The notes under the pieces were generated by a model, which worked only from the letters and a program-made list of their open reading frames with translations, did not search any database and was not told the DNA's origin. From NCBI GenBank assembly GCA_020248405.1, contig JADCHQ010000023.1, forward strand, positions 5,579 to 69,578: a stretch of 64,000 nucleotides of DNA. The letters are read 5' to 3'. Source of the stretch: Rhodocyclaceae bacterium. GTDB lineage: Bacteria > Pseudomonadota > Gammaproteobacteria > Burkholderiales > Ga0077523. Made by a program: the position numbers and the translations under genes. Below, piece after piece: positions 29,149 through 39,331 of this stretch. Every line of letters begins with the position of its first letter. The first letter of the stretch is position 1.

Positions 29149-30590
29149 CGCGGCCGCCGCGCGTACAGCTCGCGAAAGGTGCGGCCCTGGGGGGCGGGAA
29201 AATCGCGCTCGCCGGTCCAGCCGCCGCCGGGCAGGCGGCCGATGGCCCGCCGCTTGCCGCCCAGGAGCCGGCCCACGCGCGCCGCGAGGCGCGTGGCAAG
29301 GGCGTACAGGGCCGGGCGCTGGGCGAACCAGCTCCACACCCGCAGGCCCGCGCGCTCCCAGCGCGGCCGCAGCCCGGCCTCCACCTGCTTCTCGCGCAGC
29401 TTGCGCATCAGGTCAGGCAGCGGAATGCGCACCGGGCACACCACCCCGCACTGGTTGCACAAGGTGGCGGCATTGGGGAGGTCCACCGCGTTCTCCAGGC
29501 CGATGTAGCTGGGCGTGAGCACCGAGCCGATGGGCCCCGGGTAAACCCAGCCGTAGGCGTGCCCGCCGATGTTCTGGTAGACGGGGCAGTGGTTCATGCA
29601 GGCACCGCAGCGGATGCAGCGCAGCGCCTCGCGCATGTCGCTGCCGAGCACCGTGGAGCGGCCGGCATCCACCAGCACCACATGCATCTCCTCGGGGCCG
29701 TCGGCGTCGCCCGCGCCCTTCGGGCCGGTGGCGAGCGTCACGTAGTTGCTGATGGACTGGCCGGTGGCCGAGCGGGTGAGCACCCGCAGCACGCAGGCCA
29801 CGTCCTCCAGCGTGGGGATCACCTTCTCGATGCCGGTGATGGCCACGTGCACGCGCGGCATCGTGGACACCATGCGGCCGTTGCCCTCGTTGGTCACCAG
29901 CACCACCGAGCCCGTCTCGGCCACCAGGAAGTTGCCGCCGCTGATGCCCATGTCGCCGCTCAGGAAGTGGCCGCGCAGCACCGCGCGCGCCTCCATCGTG
30001 AGCTCGGGGATGCCGGTCTTGCGCGGCGTGCCGTGGTGCTGATGAAACAGGTCGGCCACGTCCTCGCGGGTCTTGTGGATGGCCGGGGCGATGATGTGGG
30101 AGGGGGTTTCGCCAGCCAGCTGGATGATGTACTCGCCCAGGTCGGTTTCCACCACCTCCAGGCCCTCGGCTTCGAGGGCGGCGTTGAGGTGGCTTTCCTC
30201 GCTCACCATGGACTTGGACTTGATCACCTTGCGCACGCCCGCCTCGCGGGCGATGGCGGCCACGATGCGGTTCACGTCGGCGTGGGTCTCAGCCCAGTGC
30301 ACCTTCACGCCGCGGCGCGTGGCCTCGGTCTCGAAGCGCTCCAGCCACACGTCGAGATCGGCGAGCGCGGTGTCGCGGATGGCGGCGGCCGCGGTGCGGA
30401 TGTCTTCGAGTTCGGGCAGCTCGGCCATGGCGCGCGAGCGGGCCGCGGCCAGGTTGAAGTTGCGCATGGCGCGCTGCACCTTGGCGTCGTGCAGCTTGTC
30501 GTGGGCGCGGCCGGAGAAGGTGCCGCCCTGGGGCCGGGCGGTACCAGGTCCGCCGGTACCCGAAAAGGCTTCCTGGGCGGCCTCAGTCAT
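29145..30590 (-). CDS. lutB: Lactate utilization protein B (LutB/YkgF, 4Fe-4S)
   Basis: The ATG at 30590 (MTEAAQE) is the start. It has two ferredoxin-type Cys clusters (CIRCGACMNHCP and CNQCGVVCP). Confidence 0.85.
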   Translation of the reverse strand: MTEAAQEAFSGTGGPGTARPQGGTFSGRAHDKLHDAKVQRAMRNFNLAAARSRAMAELPELEDIRTAAAAIRDTALADLDVWLERFETEATRRGVKVHWAETHADVNRIVAAIAREAGVRKVIKSKSMVSEESHLNAALEAEGLEVVETDLGEYIIQLAGETPSHIIAPAIHKTREDVADLFHQHHGTPRKTGIPELTMEARAVLRGHFLSGDMGISGGNFLVAETGSVVLVTNEGNGRMVSTMPRVHVAITGIEKVIPTLEDVACVLRVLTRSATGQSISNYVTLATGPKGAGDADGPEEMHVVLVDAGRSTVLGSDMREALRCIRCGACMNHCPVYQNIGGHAYGWVYPGPIGSVLTPSYIGLENAVDLPNAATLCNQCGVVCPVRIPLPDLMRKLREKQVEAGLRPRWERAGLRVWSWFAQRPALYALATRLAARVGRLLGGKRRAIGRLPGGGWTGERDFPAPQGRTFRELYARRPR

Positions 30591-31326
30591 CTTCCACCCC
30601 CGCCAGCACCTCGGCCACGTGATAGACGCGGGTGCTCTCGCCGCGGCGCAGGATGCGCCCCTCGATGTTGAGCATGCAGCCCAGGTCGCCCAGCACCACG
30701 GCGTCGGCCTGGGTGGCCGCCACGTCGTCGCACTTGCGATCGGCAATGCGCGCGGAGATCTCGCCGTACTTGACGGCGAAGGTTCCGCCGAAGCCGCAGC
30801 AGTATTCGGGGGTGGCCATCTCCTTGAGCGTGAGGCCGCGCACGCCCGCCAGCAGCGCGCGGGGCTGCGACTTCACGCCCATCTCGCGCAGCCCGGAGCA
30901 GGAGTCGTGGTAGGTGACGGTGCCGGCGAACTGGCCTGGCACCGTGGTGAGGCCCGCCACATTGACGAGGAAATCGGTGAGTTCGCGGGTGCGCGCCACC
31001 ACGCGATCCAGCGCCGCGCGCTCCTCGGGAAACTCGGCCAGCAGCTCCGGGTAGTGGGCGCGAATCATGCCGCTGCACGAGCCCGAGGGCACCACCACGT
31101 GTTCGCAGGATTCGAACTCGCGAACCATCTTGCGAGCCAGCGCCTGGGCGGCGCGGCGGTCGCCAGAGTTGTAGGCCGGCTGGCCGCAGCAGGTCTGGCC
31201 CTCGGGCACCACCACTTCGCAGCCCGCGCCCTTGAGCAGTTTGAGGGCGGCGAAGCCGATGCGCGGACGCATCAGGTCCACCAGGCAGGTCACGAACAGG
31301 CCAACGCGCAAGGGGGGGTGAGCCAT
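30583..31326 (-). CDS. lutA: Lactate utilization protein A (LutA/YkgE, CCG-domain Fe-S oxidoreductase)
   Basis: VGLFVTCLVD... and CCGQPAYNSG / CCGFGGTF are the duplicated CCG motifs. Confidence 0.85.
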   Translation of the reverse strand: MAHPPLRVGLFVTCLVDLMRPRIGFAALKLLKGAGCEVVVPEGQTCCGQPAYNSGDRRAAQALARKMVREFESCEHVVVPSGSCSGMIRAHYPELLAEFPEERAALDRVVARTRELTDFLVNVAGLTTVPGQFAGTVTYHDSCSGLREMGVKSQPRALLAGVRGLTLKEMATPEYCCGFGGTFAVKYGEISARIADRKCDDVAATQADAVVLGDLGCMLNIEGRILRRGESTRVYHVAEVLAGVEDD

Positions 31327-31526
31327 GAACTGGAACGGTTCGGATGCGCCAGCGGGAGACGCCGGCCGGAGCTGGGATGCGCCCGCTGACAGGCGCCGTC
31401 AAAGGCGCCGGACTATAGCACGCGACCTCGGGCAACCCGGGCTGCGGCGCCGCGTCGCAGGGCCGCGCTCCGGAGCCTGGCGCCATCCTCTAGAATCGCG
31501 TCATCAAGCCAGATATCCCCCCGCCC

Positions 31527-32294
31527 GTGCCCCCCGCAGACGCCAAGAATTCGATCCAGGTGATCGAACGCATGATGGAACTGGTGGACGCCCTGGCCTC
31601 CCAGCCCGAACCGGTCAACCTCAAGCGGTTGGCCGAGCGCACCGGGCTGCATCCGTCCACGGCCCACCGCATCCTCGCCGCCATGGTGGAGTACCGCATC
31701 GCCGATCGCATCGAGCCGGGCACCTACCGCCTTGGCACGCGGCTGCTGGAGCTGGGCCACATTGTGAAATCCCGCATCGATCTGCGCGCCGAGGCCCTGC
31801 CTGTGATGCAGGAGCTGCACGAGGAACTGCGCGAAACGGTCAACCTGTCCGTCCGGCAGGGCGACGCGATGGTGTACGTGGAGCGCCTGGTGGCTGACCG
31901 CTTGGCCATGCGCGTGGCGCACCTCATCGGCGCCCGCGCGCCGCTGCACGTCACCGCCGTGGGCAAACTGTTTCTGATGGAGGACGGCGCCGAAGCCTGC
32001 AAGGACTACGCCCTGCGCACCCGGCTGGAAGGCTTTACCCGCAACACCATCCGCGATCTGGCCACCCTGGGGCGCGAGCTGGACAAGGTGCGCAAGGCGG
32101 GCTTCGCCTTCGACAACGAAGAGGCCGAACAGGGCGTGTCGTGCGTGGGCGCGGGCATCCGTGACGACGAAGACCGGCTGGTGGCGGGTCTGTCGGTATC
32201 GGCCCCTTCCAACCGGCTGGACAAGACCTGGGGCCCGAAGCTGCGCGAGGCGGCGCAGCGTATCTCCCGGGCCATCGGCTGGCTGCCGCGCTGA
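31527..32294 (+). CDS. IclR family transcriptional regulator
   Basis: The N-terminal HTH (LKRLAERTGLHPSTAHRILAAMVE) and C-terminal IclR effector domain are divergent from lutABC. The start is a GTG. Confidence 0.85.
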   Translation: MPPADAKNSIQVIERMMELVDALASQPEPVNLKRLAERTGLHPSTAHRILAAMVEYRIADRIEPGTYRLGTRLLELGHIVKSRIDLRAEALPVMQELHEELRETVNLSVRQGDAMVYVERLVADRLAMRVAHLIGARAPLHVTAVGKLFLMEDGAEACKDYALRTRLEGFTRNTIRDLATLGRELDKVRKAGFAFDNEEAEQGVSCVGAGIRDDEDRLVAGLSVSAPSNRLDKTWGPKLREAAQRISRAIGWLPR

Positions 32295-32315
32295 GCGGCA
32301 CACCCCGCGCGGGAG

Positions 32316-33245
32316 CTAGATGCGTGCGCGGCTCGAGCGCGAGGTGGTGGCGCGGGTCTTGACGGTGCGCTGAACGCGCGCCGGGCGGGCGTCGGCCACG
32401 CGCGTGGAGGACGCGCCGGTGATCTCCAGCTCGATCCACTGCTTGATGCGATTGGCGTCGGCCACGCGCGACAGCTTGCCCCAGGAGTCGAGCAGCACGA
32501 TGATCACCGGCCGCGCCGCGATGCGGGCCTGCATCACCAGGCAGCGACCTGCCTCGGCGATGTAGCCGGTCTTGGACAGGCCGATATCCCAGTCGCCGCG
32601 GCGTACCAGGCCATTGGAGTTATTGAAGGCCACCAGGCGGGAACGGCTGTCGCCGCTGTCCACCTCGACCACGTGGGAGGTGGAGGTGCTGAAGCTGCGG
32701 ATCAGCGGGTAGCGCATGCCCGCCTCCACCAGCCGCACCAGATCTTGGGCGGTGGAGACGTTGCCGGGGTTCAGGCCGGTGGAATCCACGAAGCGCGTAT
32801 CGCGCATGCCCAGGTCGCGGGCCTTGCGGTTCATGGCCTCCACGAAGGCGCCGATGCCGCCGGGGTAGTTGCGGCCCAGGGCCGAGGCGGCGCGGTTTTC
32901 CGAGGCCATGAGCGCCAGCTTGAGCATCTCGCCGCGGGTGAGCGTGGTGCCCACCTCCAGGCGCGAGCGCGTGCCCTTGACGAAGTCCATGTCCTCATGG
33001 TCCACGAACAGCGGCTCCTCCAGCGGCAACCGGGCATCGAGCACCACCATGGCGGTCATGAGCTTGGTGATGGAGGCGATGGGCGTGACCGTGTCGGTGT
33101 TCTTGGCGAACAGCGCCGTGCCCTCCTGCTGGTCCACCACGATCACCGAGCTGGAAGCCAGACGCGGCGGGCGGTCCTGCTCGGCGCCGGCCGGGGCGGC
33201 CCACAGCAGCAGCACAGCCAGGACAGCGATGGCGGTTTCCCGCAT
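32316..33245 (-). CDS. D-alanyl-D-alanine endopeptidase/carboxypeptidase (S11, PbpG/PBP7-like)
   Basis: Signal peptide. SxxK (ASITKLMT), SxN (ASENRA) and KTG (SKTGYI) motifs. A basic Ser/Thr/Arg-rich C-terminal tail. Confidence 0.8.
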   Translation of the reverse strand: MRETAIAVLAVLLLWAAPAGAEQDRPPRLASSSVIVVDQQEGTALFAKNTDTVTPIASITKLMTAMVVLDARLPLEEPLFVDHEDMDFVKGTRSRLEVGTTLTRGEMLKLALMASENRAASALGRNYPGGIGAFVEAMNRKARDLGMRDTRFVDSTGLNPGNVSTAQDLVRLVEAGMRYPLIRSFSTSTSHVVEVDSGDSRSRLVAFNNSNGLVRRGDWDIGLSKTGYIAEAGRCLVMQARIAARPVIIVLLDSWGKLSRVADANRIKQWIELEITGASSTRVADARPARVQRTVKTRATTSRSSRARI

Positions 33246-33484
33246 GGACGAACCTCCTGTTGGTGCCGCCCGTCTAGGGGCGGGCCTGTTGCGGCCGACG
33301 GCGCGGCGGGCGCACCTCGCGGTGTACGTATTCTGGTTCCACGCGCCACCGGACCGCGCCCTGAAGTCTCTGGACACTTCGGCAAGCAAGTGGACACTAA
33401 CAAAAAACCGCCGCTGCGCCAACCAGTTCACTGGACGCTCGCCCGCACCGCCGTCACCCGCCACCGCAGCGCACCGCCCCTGGT

Positions 33485-36400
33485 TCACCGGCCTTTGTCG
33501 TCCTGGCCGTTGCCCGAGGCCGTGCCGCCGAACAACAGCGGCAGCAGCAGCGTGAACAGGGTGGCGGAGATCACGCCGCCCACGATCACCACCGCGAAGG
33601 GGCGCTGGGTTTCCGAGCCGATGCCCCGCGACAGGGCCGCGGGCAGCAAGCCGAGGCCGGCCATGAGGGCGGTCATGATGATGGGCCGCAGCCGCTCCAC
33701 GGCGCCTTCGAGCACCGCTTCGCCCACCTCGGCGCCATCGCGAATGCCCTCCATGAAGCGCTCCACCATGATCACGCCGTTCTGCACCGAAATGCCGGCC
33801 ACGGCGATGAAGCCCACCGCCGCTGACACCGACAGGTGCAGGCCCGACACCGCCAGCGCCGCCACCCCGCCCACCAGCGTGAATGGCACCATGGCAATCA
33901 CCAGCAGCGCCTGGCCCATGGAGCGGAAGGCCCAGAACAGCAGCACGAAGATGCCCAGCACGGACAACGGCACGATCACCTTCAGGCGATCCATGGCGCG
34001 GCGCTGGTTCTCGAACTGTCCGCCCCAGGTCATGGTGTAGCCCGGAGGCAGGTGCACCCGCTGCGCCACCTTGGCCTGGGCCTCGGCCACGAAGCTGCCC
34101 TGGTCGCGGCCTCGCAGATTGGCCTTGACGGAGACGTTGCGGCCGCCCGCCTCGCGGGAGATGCGCGCCGCCCCCTGGCGGACTTCTACGCGGGCAATCT
34201 CGCCCAGCGGGATGGTTGCCCCGGCGCCGCCCGGCAGCGCCACCGGCAGCTCCGCCACATCGGCGGCCGCCTGGCGGAAGGGCGCGTCGAGCCGGACGGT
34301 GAGGTCGAAGGCGCGGTCGCGCTCGTAGAACGTGGCCACCGCCACCCCGCCCAGGGCCGCCTGCACGGTGCGGTTCACGTCGCCGGCCTGCAGCCCGTAG
34401 CGGGCCAGGCGCTCCCGGTCCAGATGCACGTCCAGCTCCGTGGCCCCGCCCACCTTGATGGCCGCCACGTCGGCCGCACCGCGGATGCCGCCGATCACCT
34501 CCGCCACCTGCTCGGACTTGTCCTCCAGCACATCCAGGTCGGGACCGAAGATCTTCACCGCGATCTCGCCCTTCACCCCGGACAGGGCCTCTTCCACGTT
34601 GTCCTCGATCACCTGGGAGAAGTTGGTGGGCACCCCGGGCATGGCGCGGATGCGCTGGGACATATCCGCCACGAGCTGTTCCTTGCCGGGGAAGCGCCAG
34701 CCCGCGCGCGGCGTGAGGCTCGCCATGATCTCCATGTTGTTGGGCCCCTTGGGGTCGGTGCCGTCGTCGGGGCGGCCCACATGGCTCACCACGTTGGCCA
34801 CCTCGGGGTAGCTGCGCAGGATGGCGCGCACCTCGCGCTCCACCTCCTTGGTCTTGTCAAGGGCCGTGGAGGGCGGAAGGGTGATGGTGAGCCAGATGTT
34901 GCCCTCGTCGAGCTTGGGCAGGAACTCGCTGCCCAGCAGCGGCACCGCCGCCATGGCCGCCGCCAGCACCGCGAGGCTCGCACCGATCACCGCGGCGCGG
35001 CGCCGGCCCGCGGCCAGCAGCCCGCGGCGGTAGGCCTCGCGCAGCGCGTTCATCCAGCGGCTGTGGCGCTCGGCCATGTCGGCGTGGCGCACCGCCCAGG
35101 TAAGCAGCGCCGGCACCAGCGTGAGCGTGAGCAGGATCGAGCCCAGCAGCGCGAAGGACAACGTGTAGGCCATGGGCGAGAAGATCTTCCCCTCCACCCG
35201 CTGGAAGGTGAAGATGGGCAGGAAGGCCAGGATGATGATGGCCTTGGAGAACAGGATCGGCTGGCCCATGGACAGGGCGGTGTTGCGCAGCGTGTGCATG
35301 CGCGAGGCAAGCCCTTGCGCGTGGCCCTCGCCGCGCCCCACGGCCAGCCGCACCATCAGCGCCTCCACCAGCACCACGGCGCTGTCCACGATGATGCCGA
35401 AGTCCACCGAGCCGAGCGAAATCAGGTTCGCCGACACGCCGCGCAGGTCCATGAGCACGAAGGCCCACAGCAGCGCCAGCGGGATGACGCTGGCCACAAT
35501 GAGCGCCGCGCGCCACTCGCGCAGGAACAGCGCCAGGATGGCCACCACCAGGCCCGCCCCCACCGCCAGGTTCTCGGTCACGGTGTGCACCGTGTGCCGC
35601 ACCAGCTCGGTACGGTCGTAGTAGGGCACCAGGCGCACGCCCGGCGGCAGGGTGGCCGCCAGCTCCGCCAGTCCGCGGCGCACGTTGCCCACCACCACCG
35701 TGGCGTTCTGCCCCTTGGTCATCTGCACGATGCCCTGCACCACGGAATCGGCGTCGTTGAAGCCCACGATCCCCGAGCGCGACCGGCTGCCCACGGCCAC
35801 CTCCGCCACGTCGGCCACGAAGATGGGGCTGCCGCCGCGGGCGCTCACCACCGTGCGGGCAATGTCGGCGGTGCTGCGGAACAGGCCGATGGAGCGCACC
35901 ACCAGGGCCTCGTCGCCGCGCCGGATCACGCCGCCGCCGGCGTTGCCGGTGCCCTTGGACAGGGCGGCGGCCAGATCGTCCAGGGACACGCCGAACTTGC
36001 GCAGCGCCTGGGGATTGACGCGCACCTGGTACTCCTTCACCGCGCCGCCGAAGCTCACCACCTCCACCACGCCCGGCAGGCGCCGCAGCGCCGGCCGGAT
36101 CACCCAGTCCTGCAGGGCGCGCACCTCGGTGACGGGCATCTCCGGCGGCGCCTGCACCACGTAGCGGTAGATCTCGCCCACGGCGTTGGTGAGCGGCGCC
36201 AGGGTGGGCACCACGCCCGCGGGCAGGGTGACGTTCTGCAGCTTCTCCAGCACCTGCTGGCGGGCGAAGTAGTCATCGGTACCATCGGCGAAGGTGACGG
36301 TGACCACCGACAGCCCGAAGATCGACACCGAGCGCACGTTGGTGAGCCGCGCCACGCCGGTCATTTCGCGCTCAATGGGCGCCGACACGGCGCGCTCCAC

Positions 36401-36580
36401 CTCCTCGGGGGCCTGGCCGGGCACCTGGGTGACCACCTGCACCTGCACGTCCTGCACGTCGGGGAACGCCTCGATGGGCAGGCGCAGCCAGGCGAACCAC
36501 CCGCCCACGGCCAGCACCACCGCCGCCGCCACCACGAACACGCGCTGCTGCAGCGCGAAGGTGACCAGACGCTCGATCAT
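33485..36580 (-). CDS. Heavy-metal efflux RND transporter, CzcA/CusA family
   Basis: 1031 aa. MIERLVTFALQQRVFVV... is the typical HME-RND N-terminus. It has a 12-TM layout with two large periplasmic loops. Confidence 0.9.
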   Translation of the reverse strand: MIERLVTFALQQRVFVVAAAVVLAVGGWFAWLRLPIEAFPDVQDVQVQVVTQVPGQAPEEVERAVSAPIEREMTGVARLTNVRSVSIFGLSVVTVTFADGTDDYFARQQVLEKLQNVTLPAGVVPTLAPLTNAVGEIYRYVVQAPPEMPVTEVRALQDWVIRPALRRLPGVVEVVSFGGAVKEYQVRVNPQALRKFGVSLDDLAAALSKGTGNAGGGVIRRGDEALVVRSIGLFRSTADIARTVVSARGGSPIFVADVAEVAVGSRSRSGIVGFNDADSVVQGIVQMTKGQNATVVVGNVRRGLAELAATLPPGVRLVPYYDRTELVRHTVHTVTENLAVGAGLVVAILALFLREWRAALIVASVIPLALLWAFVLMDLRGVSANLISLGSVDFGIIVDSAVVLVEALMVRLAVGRGEGHAQGLASRMHTLRNTALSMGQPILFSKAIIILAFLPIFTFQRVEGKIFSPMAYTLSFALLGSILLTLTLVPALLTWAVRHADMAERHSRWMNALREAYRRGLLAAGRRRAAVIGASLAVLAAAMAAVPLLGSEFLPKLDEGNIWLTITLPPSTALDKTKEVEREVRAILRSYPEVANVVSHVGRPDDGTDPKGPNNMEIMASLTPRAGWRFPGKEQLVADMSQRIRAMPGVPTNFSQVIEDNVEEALSGVKGEIAVKIFGPDLDVLEDKSEQVAEVIGGIRGAADVAAIKVGGATELDVHLDRERLARYGLQAGDVNRTVQAALGGVAVATFYERDRAFDLTVRLDAPFRQAAADVAELPVALPGGAGATIPLGEIARVEVRQGAARISREAGGRNVSVKANLRGRDQGSFVAEAQAKVAQRVHLPPGYTMTWGGQFENQRRAMDRLKVIVPLSVLGIFVLLFWAFRSMGQALLVIAMVPFTLVGGVAALAVSGLHLSVSAAVGFIAVAGISVQNGVIMVERFMEGIRDGAEVGEAVLEGAVERLRPIIMTALMAGLGLLPAALSRGIGSETQRPFAVVIVGGVISATLFTLLLPLLFGGTASGNGQDDKGR

Positions 36581-36704
36581 GGCGCCTCGCGGCCGGCGCC
36601 GGCGCGGCCGTGGCCCGGGCTAGGGCAGGCCCGGACCGCCCCTGGCTTCACGCCTGGTGCAGCCGCGGCGGGCATGGCGGAGGGCGTCACCGGCGCGCGG
36701 GCGC

Positions 36705-37883
36705 TCAATTGCCTTCGAGCTCGCTGTTGAGCAGCAGCGCCCCGGCGCTCACCACCCGTTCTCCTGGCGCCACGCCCTCGGACAGCCAGGTGGTGTCGCG
36801 CCCCTGCAGCGATGCCGTCACCTTGCGCCGCTCGAACACCCCGGGCGCCTTTTCCACGAACACGAAACTCGCCACGCCCACCGTGAGCACCGCCGCATTG
36901 GGCAGGCGCACGCGCTCGCGGCCGCTGCCCGCCAGGGGCACGACCCGCGCGAACATCTCGCCGCGCAGCAGCCGCTCGGGATTGTCGAGCGCGGCACGCA
37001 CCTGCACCCGGCGCGTGAGCGCGTCCAGCACGGCACCCACGTCGGTGACGCGGGCGCCGAAGCTGCGCCCGGGAAAGGCATCCACCTCCACCGACACCGC
37101 CTGACCCGGCGCGAACACACCCAGGTGCTGCTCGGGAACATCCACCACCACCCACAGGCGCGCCGGGTCGGAAATCACGAACAGCGGCTTGTCGGCGGCC
37201 GGGTCCACCTGCGCTCCCGGGCTGATGGCCCGCTCGGTAACCAGCCCCGCCAGCGGCGCCCGCAGGGCGAATTCACCCGAGTCGGACCCCGGCGCGGCCT
37301 GGCCGATGGCCGCCAGGCGGCGCTGCGTGCGCGCCTGTTCCACTTCGGCTTCGCGCAGGTCAGTCTCGGCAGCCTCGAACTCCTTGCGCGACATCACCTC
37401 GCCCTCGAACAGCAGGCGCGCCCGGTCGAACACGAGGCGCTTCTGGCGCACCTCCAGTTCAGCGCGGCGCACCTCCGCCACCGCCTGGGCGAAGTCCGGC
37501 GATTCGATCCACGCCAGCGGCTGGCCCGCCGTCACCGCCTGGCCCAGTTGCACCACGATGCGCTTCACCCGCCCCGGCAGCGGGCTTTTGAGTCGCGCGG
37601 TGCGGTTTTCGTCTTAGGCCACGCGGCCCGGCAGGGCCTCGATGAGCGGTTCCGCGCTGGCCGCCGCCGGCTCGATCTTGAGGTAGGCAAGCTGCGCCGC
37701 CCCGGGCTGAAAGCGCAGGGTGTTGCCATCGGTGGCCGCGGGGGCCTCGGGCGCCCGCTGCGCCGCCGGCGCGGCCCCGCCCGCGGCCTGGTGGCGCGGC
37801 CCCCACAGCAACCAGGCCGCGGCTGCGGCAAGACCCGCCGCCGCGACCACCACCAGCACCACCAGCACCAGGCGGCGCTTCAT
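36705..37883 (-). pseudogene. RND efflux periplasmic adaptor (CzcB/CusB-like) interrupted by an in-frame TAA
   Basis: ORFs 37614-37883 and 36705-37568 are in the same frame. The continuous reading is ...EALPGRVA*DENRTARLKSPLPGRVKRIVVQLGQAVTAGQPLAWIESPDF. The stop is at 37614-37616. Confidence 0.75.
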
Positions 37884-39154
37884 GGCGCCTCCCCGGCGGG
37901 CGAGGCGGCCTCGCGGAAGGCGATGCGGGCGCGGGCCAGCTCCGCCCGCGCGCCCGCCGCATCCACCCGCGTGGCCACCAGCACGCGGCGCGCGTCCAGC
38001 AGGTCGATCACGCCCAGGGCGCCGTTGCGGTAGGCGAATTCGGCGGCATCCGCGGCGCGCTGGGCGTCGCGCAGCAGGCCGGCGTCGTAGCGCCGCACGC
38101 GGTCGCGGGCCGCCGCCAGATCGCTCGCCGCGCGGGCAATCTCCGTGACCGCCGCCGCACGCACCCGCTCGAGCACCTGCTGGGAGGCGGTGAGCAGGTT
38201 CTCGGCGCGGGCAATCTCGCAGTCGTAGTTGTAGAACAGGAACAGGGGAACGCTCACGCCGAAACCCAGGGTGTTGTTGGAAATCTGGCTGGGGTAGCGC
38301 TCGTACTGCGCTGCCACCGTCACATCGCGGGTGCGCAGCGCCCGGGCGAGATCGCGCGCCTTTTCCGCCGCCTGGGTGCGAAGCACCGCGGCACGCACGT
38401 CGGCGCGCGCCTCCACTGCCGACGGCGGCGCGGCGGGCTCTTCACCGGCATCGGGCAGCGGGTCCGCAGCGCGCAATGATGGCGCGCGCGCCTCCGCCGC
38501 CAGCAGGAAGGCGAGCCCCAGGCGCGCACGGTCGCGGTCGGCCTCGGCCTGACGGCGATCGTTTTCGGCGCGCAGCAAGTCCACCCGGATGCGCGCCAGG
38601 TCGGTGGGCGAGATGTCGCCGGCCTTCAGGCGCAGCTCGGCGGCGCGCACGGTGCGCTCCAGCAGGGCCACGTTCTCGGCGGCGATGAGCGTGCGCTCCT
38701 GGCCCAGCCGCAGGTCCCAGTAGGCGCCGGCCAGGGACAGCACCAGCTGGCGGCGCAACTCGGCGCTGTCCGACCGCACCGCATCCACGGCCAGGCGCGC
38801 GGCCTCCATGCGCAGGCCGCGCTTGCCGCCGCGCTCCACCAGTTGCGTCAGCTGTGCAATGGCGTCCACCTGTTTTTCCAGCGGTCCGCCGGTGCCCAGC
38901 CCGCGAGGGCTGATGGCGGCGGTGGAGAAAGTGAGGCTCGGGTTGGGCCGCGCCGAGGCGCTGATGGCGTCGGCGCGGGCCACCGCCTCGGCGCGCCGGG
39001 CCAGTTGCAGGTCGCGGTTGTTCTCCAGCAACCCCCTGGCCTGCTCGAAGCTCAGCGCGTCGGGCTGTTCCTGGGCGCGGACGGCGGCGGTGCAAACCAC
39101 CACCAGGGCCAGCGCAAGCAACAGGCGCGGCGGCTGGGACGGCACGAATGTCAC
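37880..39154 (-). CDS. Outer-membrane efflux protein (TolC/CzcC family)
   Basis: Two OEP repeats. A signal peptide follows the GTG at 39154 (VTFVPSQPPRLLLALALVVVCTAAVRA), which is preceded by AAGGAAA. An upstream ATG at 39265 is an alternative start. The stop overlaps the adaptor start (ATGA). Confidence 0.8.
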   Translation of the reverse strand: MTFVPSQPPRLLLALALVVVCTAAVRAQEQPDALSFEQARGLLENNRDLQLARRAEAVARADAISASARPNPSLTFSTAAISPRGLGTGGPLEKQVDAIAQLTQLVERGGKRGLRMEAARLAVDAVRSDSAELRRQLVLSLAGAYWDLRLGQERTLIAAENVALLERTVRAAELRLKAGDISPTDLARIRVDLLRAENDRRQAEADRDRARLGLAFLLAAEARAPSLRAADPLPDAGEEPAAPPSAVEARADVRAAVLRTQAAEKARDLARALRTRDVTVAAQYERYPSQISNNTLGFGVSVPLFLFYNYDCEIARAENLLTASQQVLERVRAAAVTEIARAASDLAAARDRVRRYDAGLLRDAQRAADAAEFAYRNGALGVIDLLDARRVLVATRVDAAGARAELARARIAFREAASPAGEAP

Positions 39155-39279
39155 GGATTTCCTTGCGAGGCGGGCATTGCAGGCAACCCCGGCGGGGATG
39201 GCCGGCCGGGCAACTCTGCGAGGGCGCCACACCGCCCCGTTCGCATTCCGGCTCGACGGGCGCATGTTGGCGGGCTAGC

Positions 39280-39295
39280 CTTACACGGTTCTTAC
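39280..39295. promoter_or_regulatory. Direct repeat CTTAC-N6-CTTAC (11-bp period), candidate OmpR-family response-regulator box
   Basis: CTTACacggttCTTACg sits in the divergent czcC / response-regulator intergenic region, about 40 bp upstream of the regulator start. Confidence 0.3.
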
Positions 39296-39331
39296 GTTGC
39301 CCGCGCCGCGGGTACTACCCCCACATCCCCC

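Noticed and set aside
31487-31497. The 11-mer CCTCTAGAATC is shared upstream of the IclR gene (31487-31497) and of hypothetical gene 45785 (45735-45745). It could be a common TAGAAT -10 element.
   Set aside because: A single shared 11-mer in 64 kb is expected by chance. I found no matching -35 hexamers at proper spacing.
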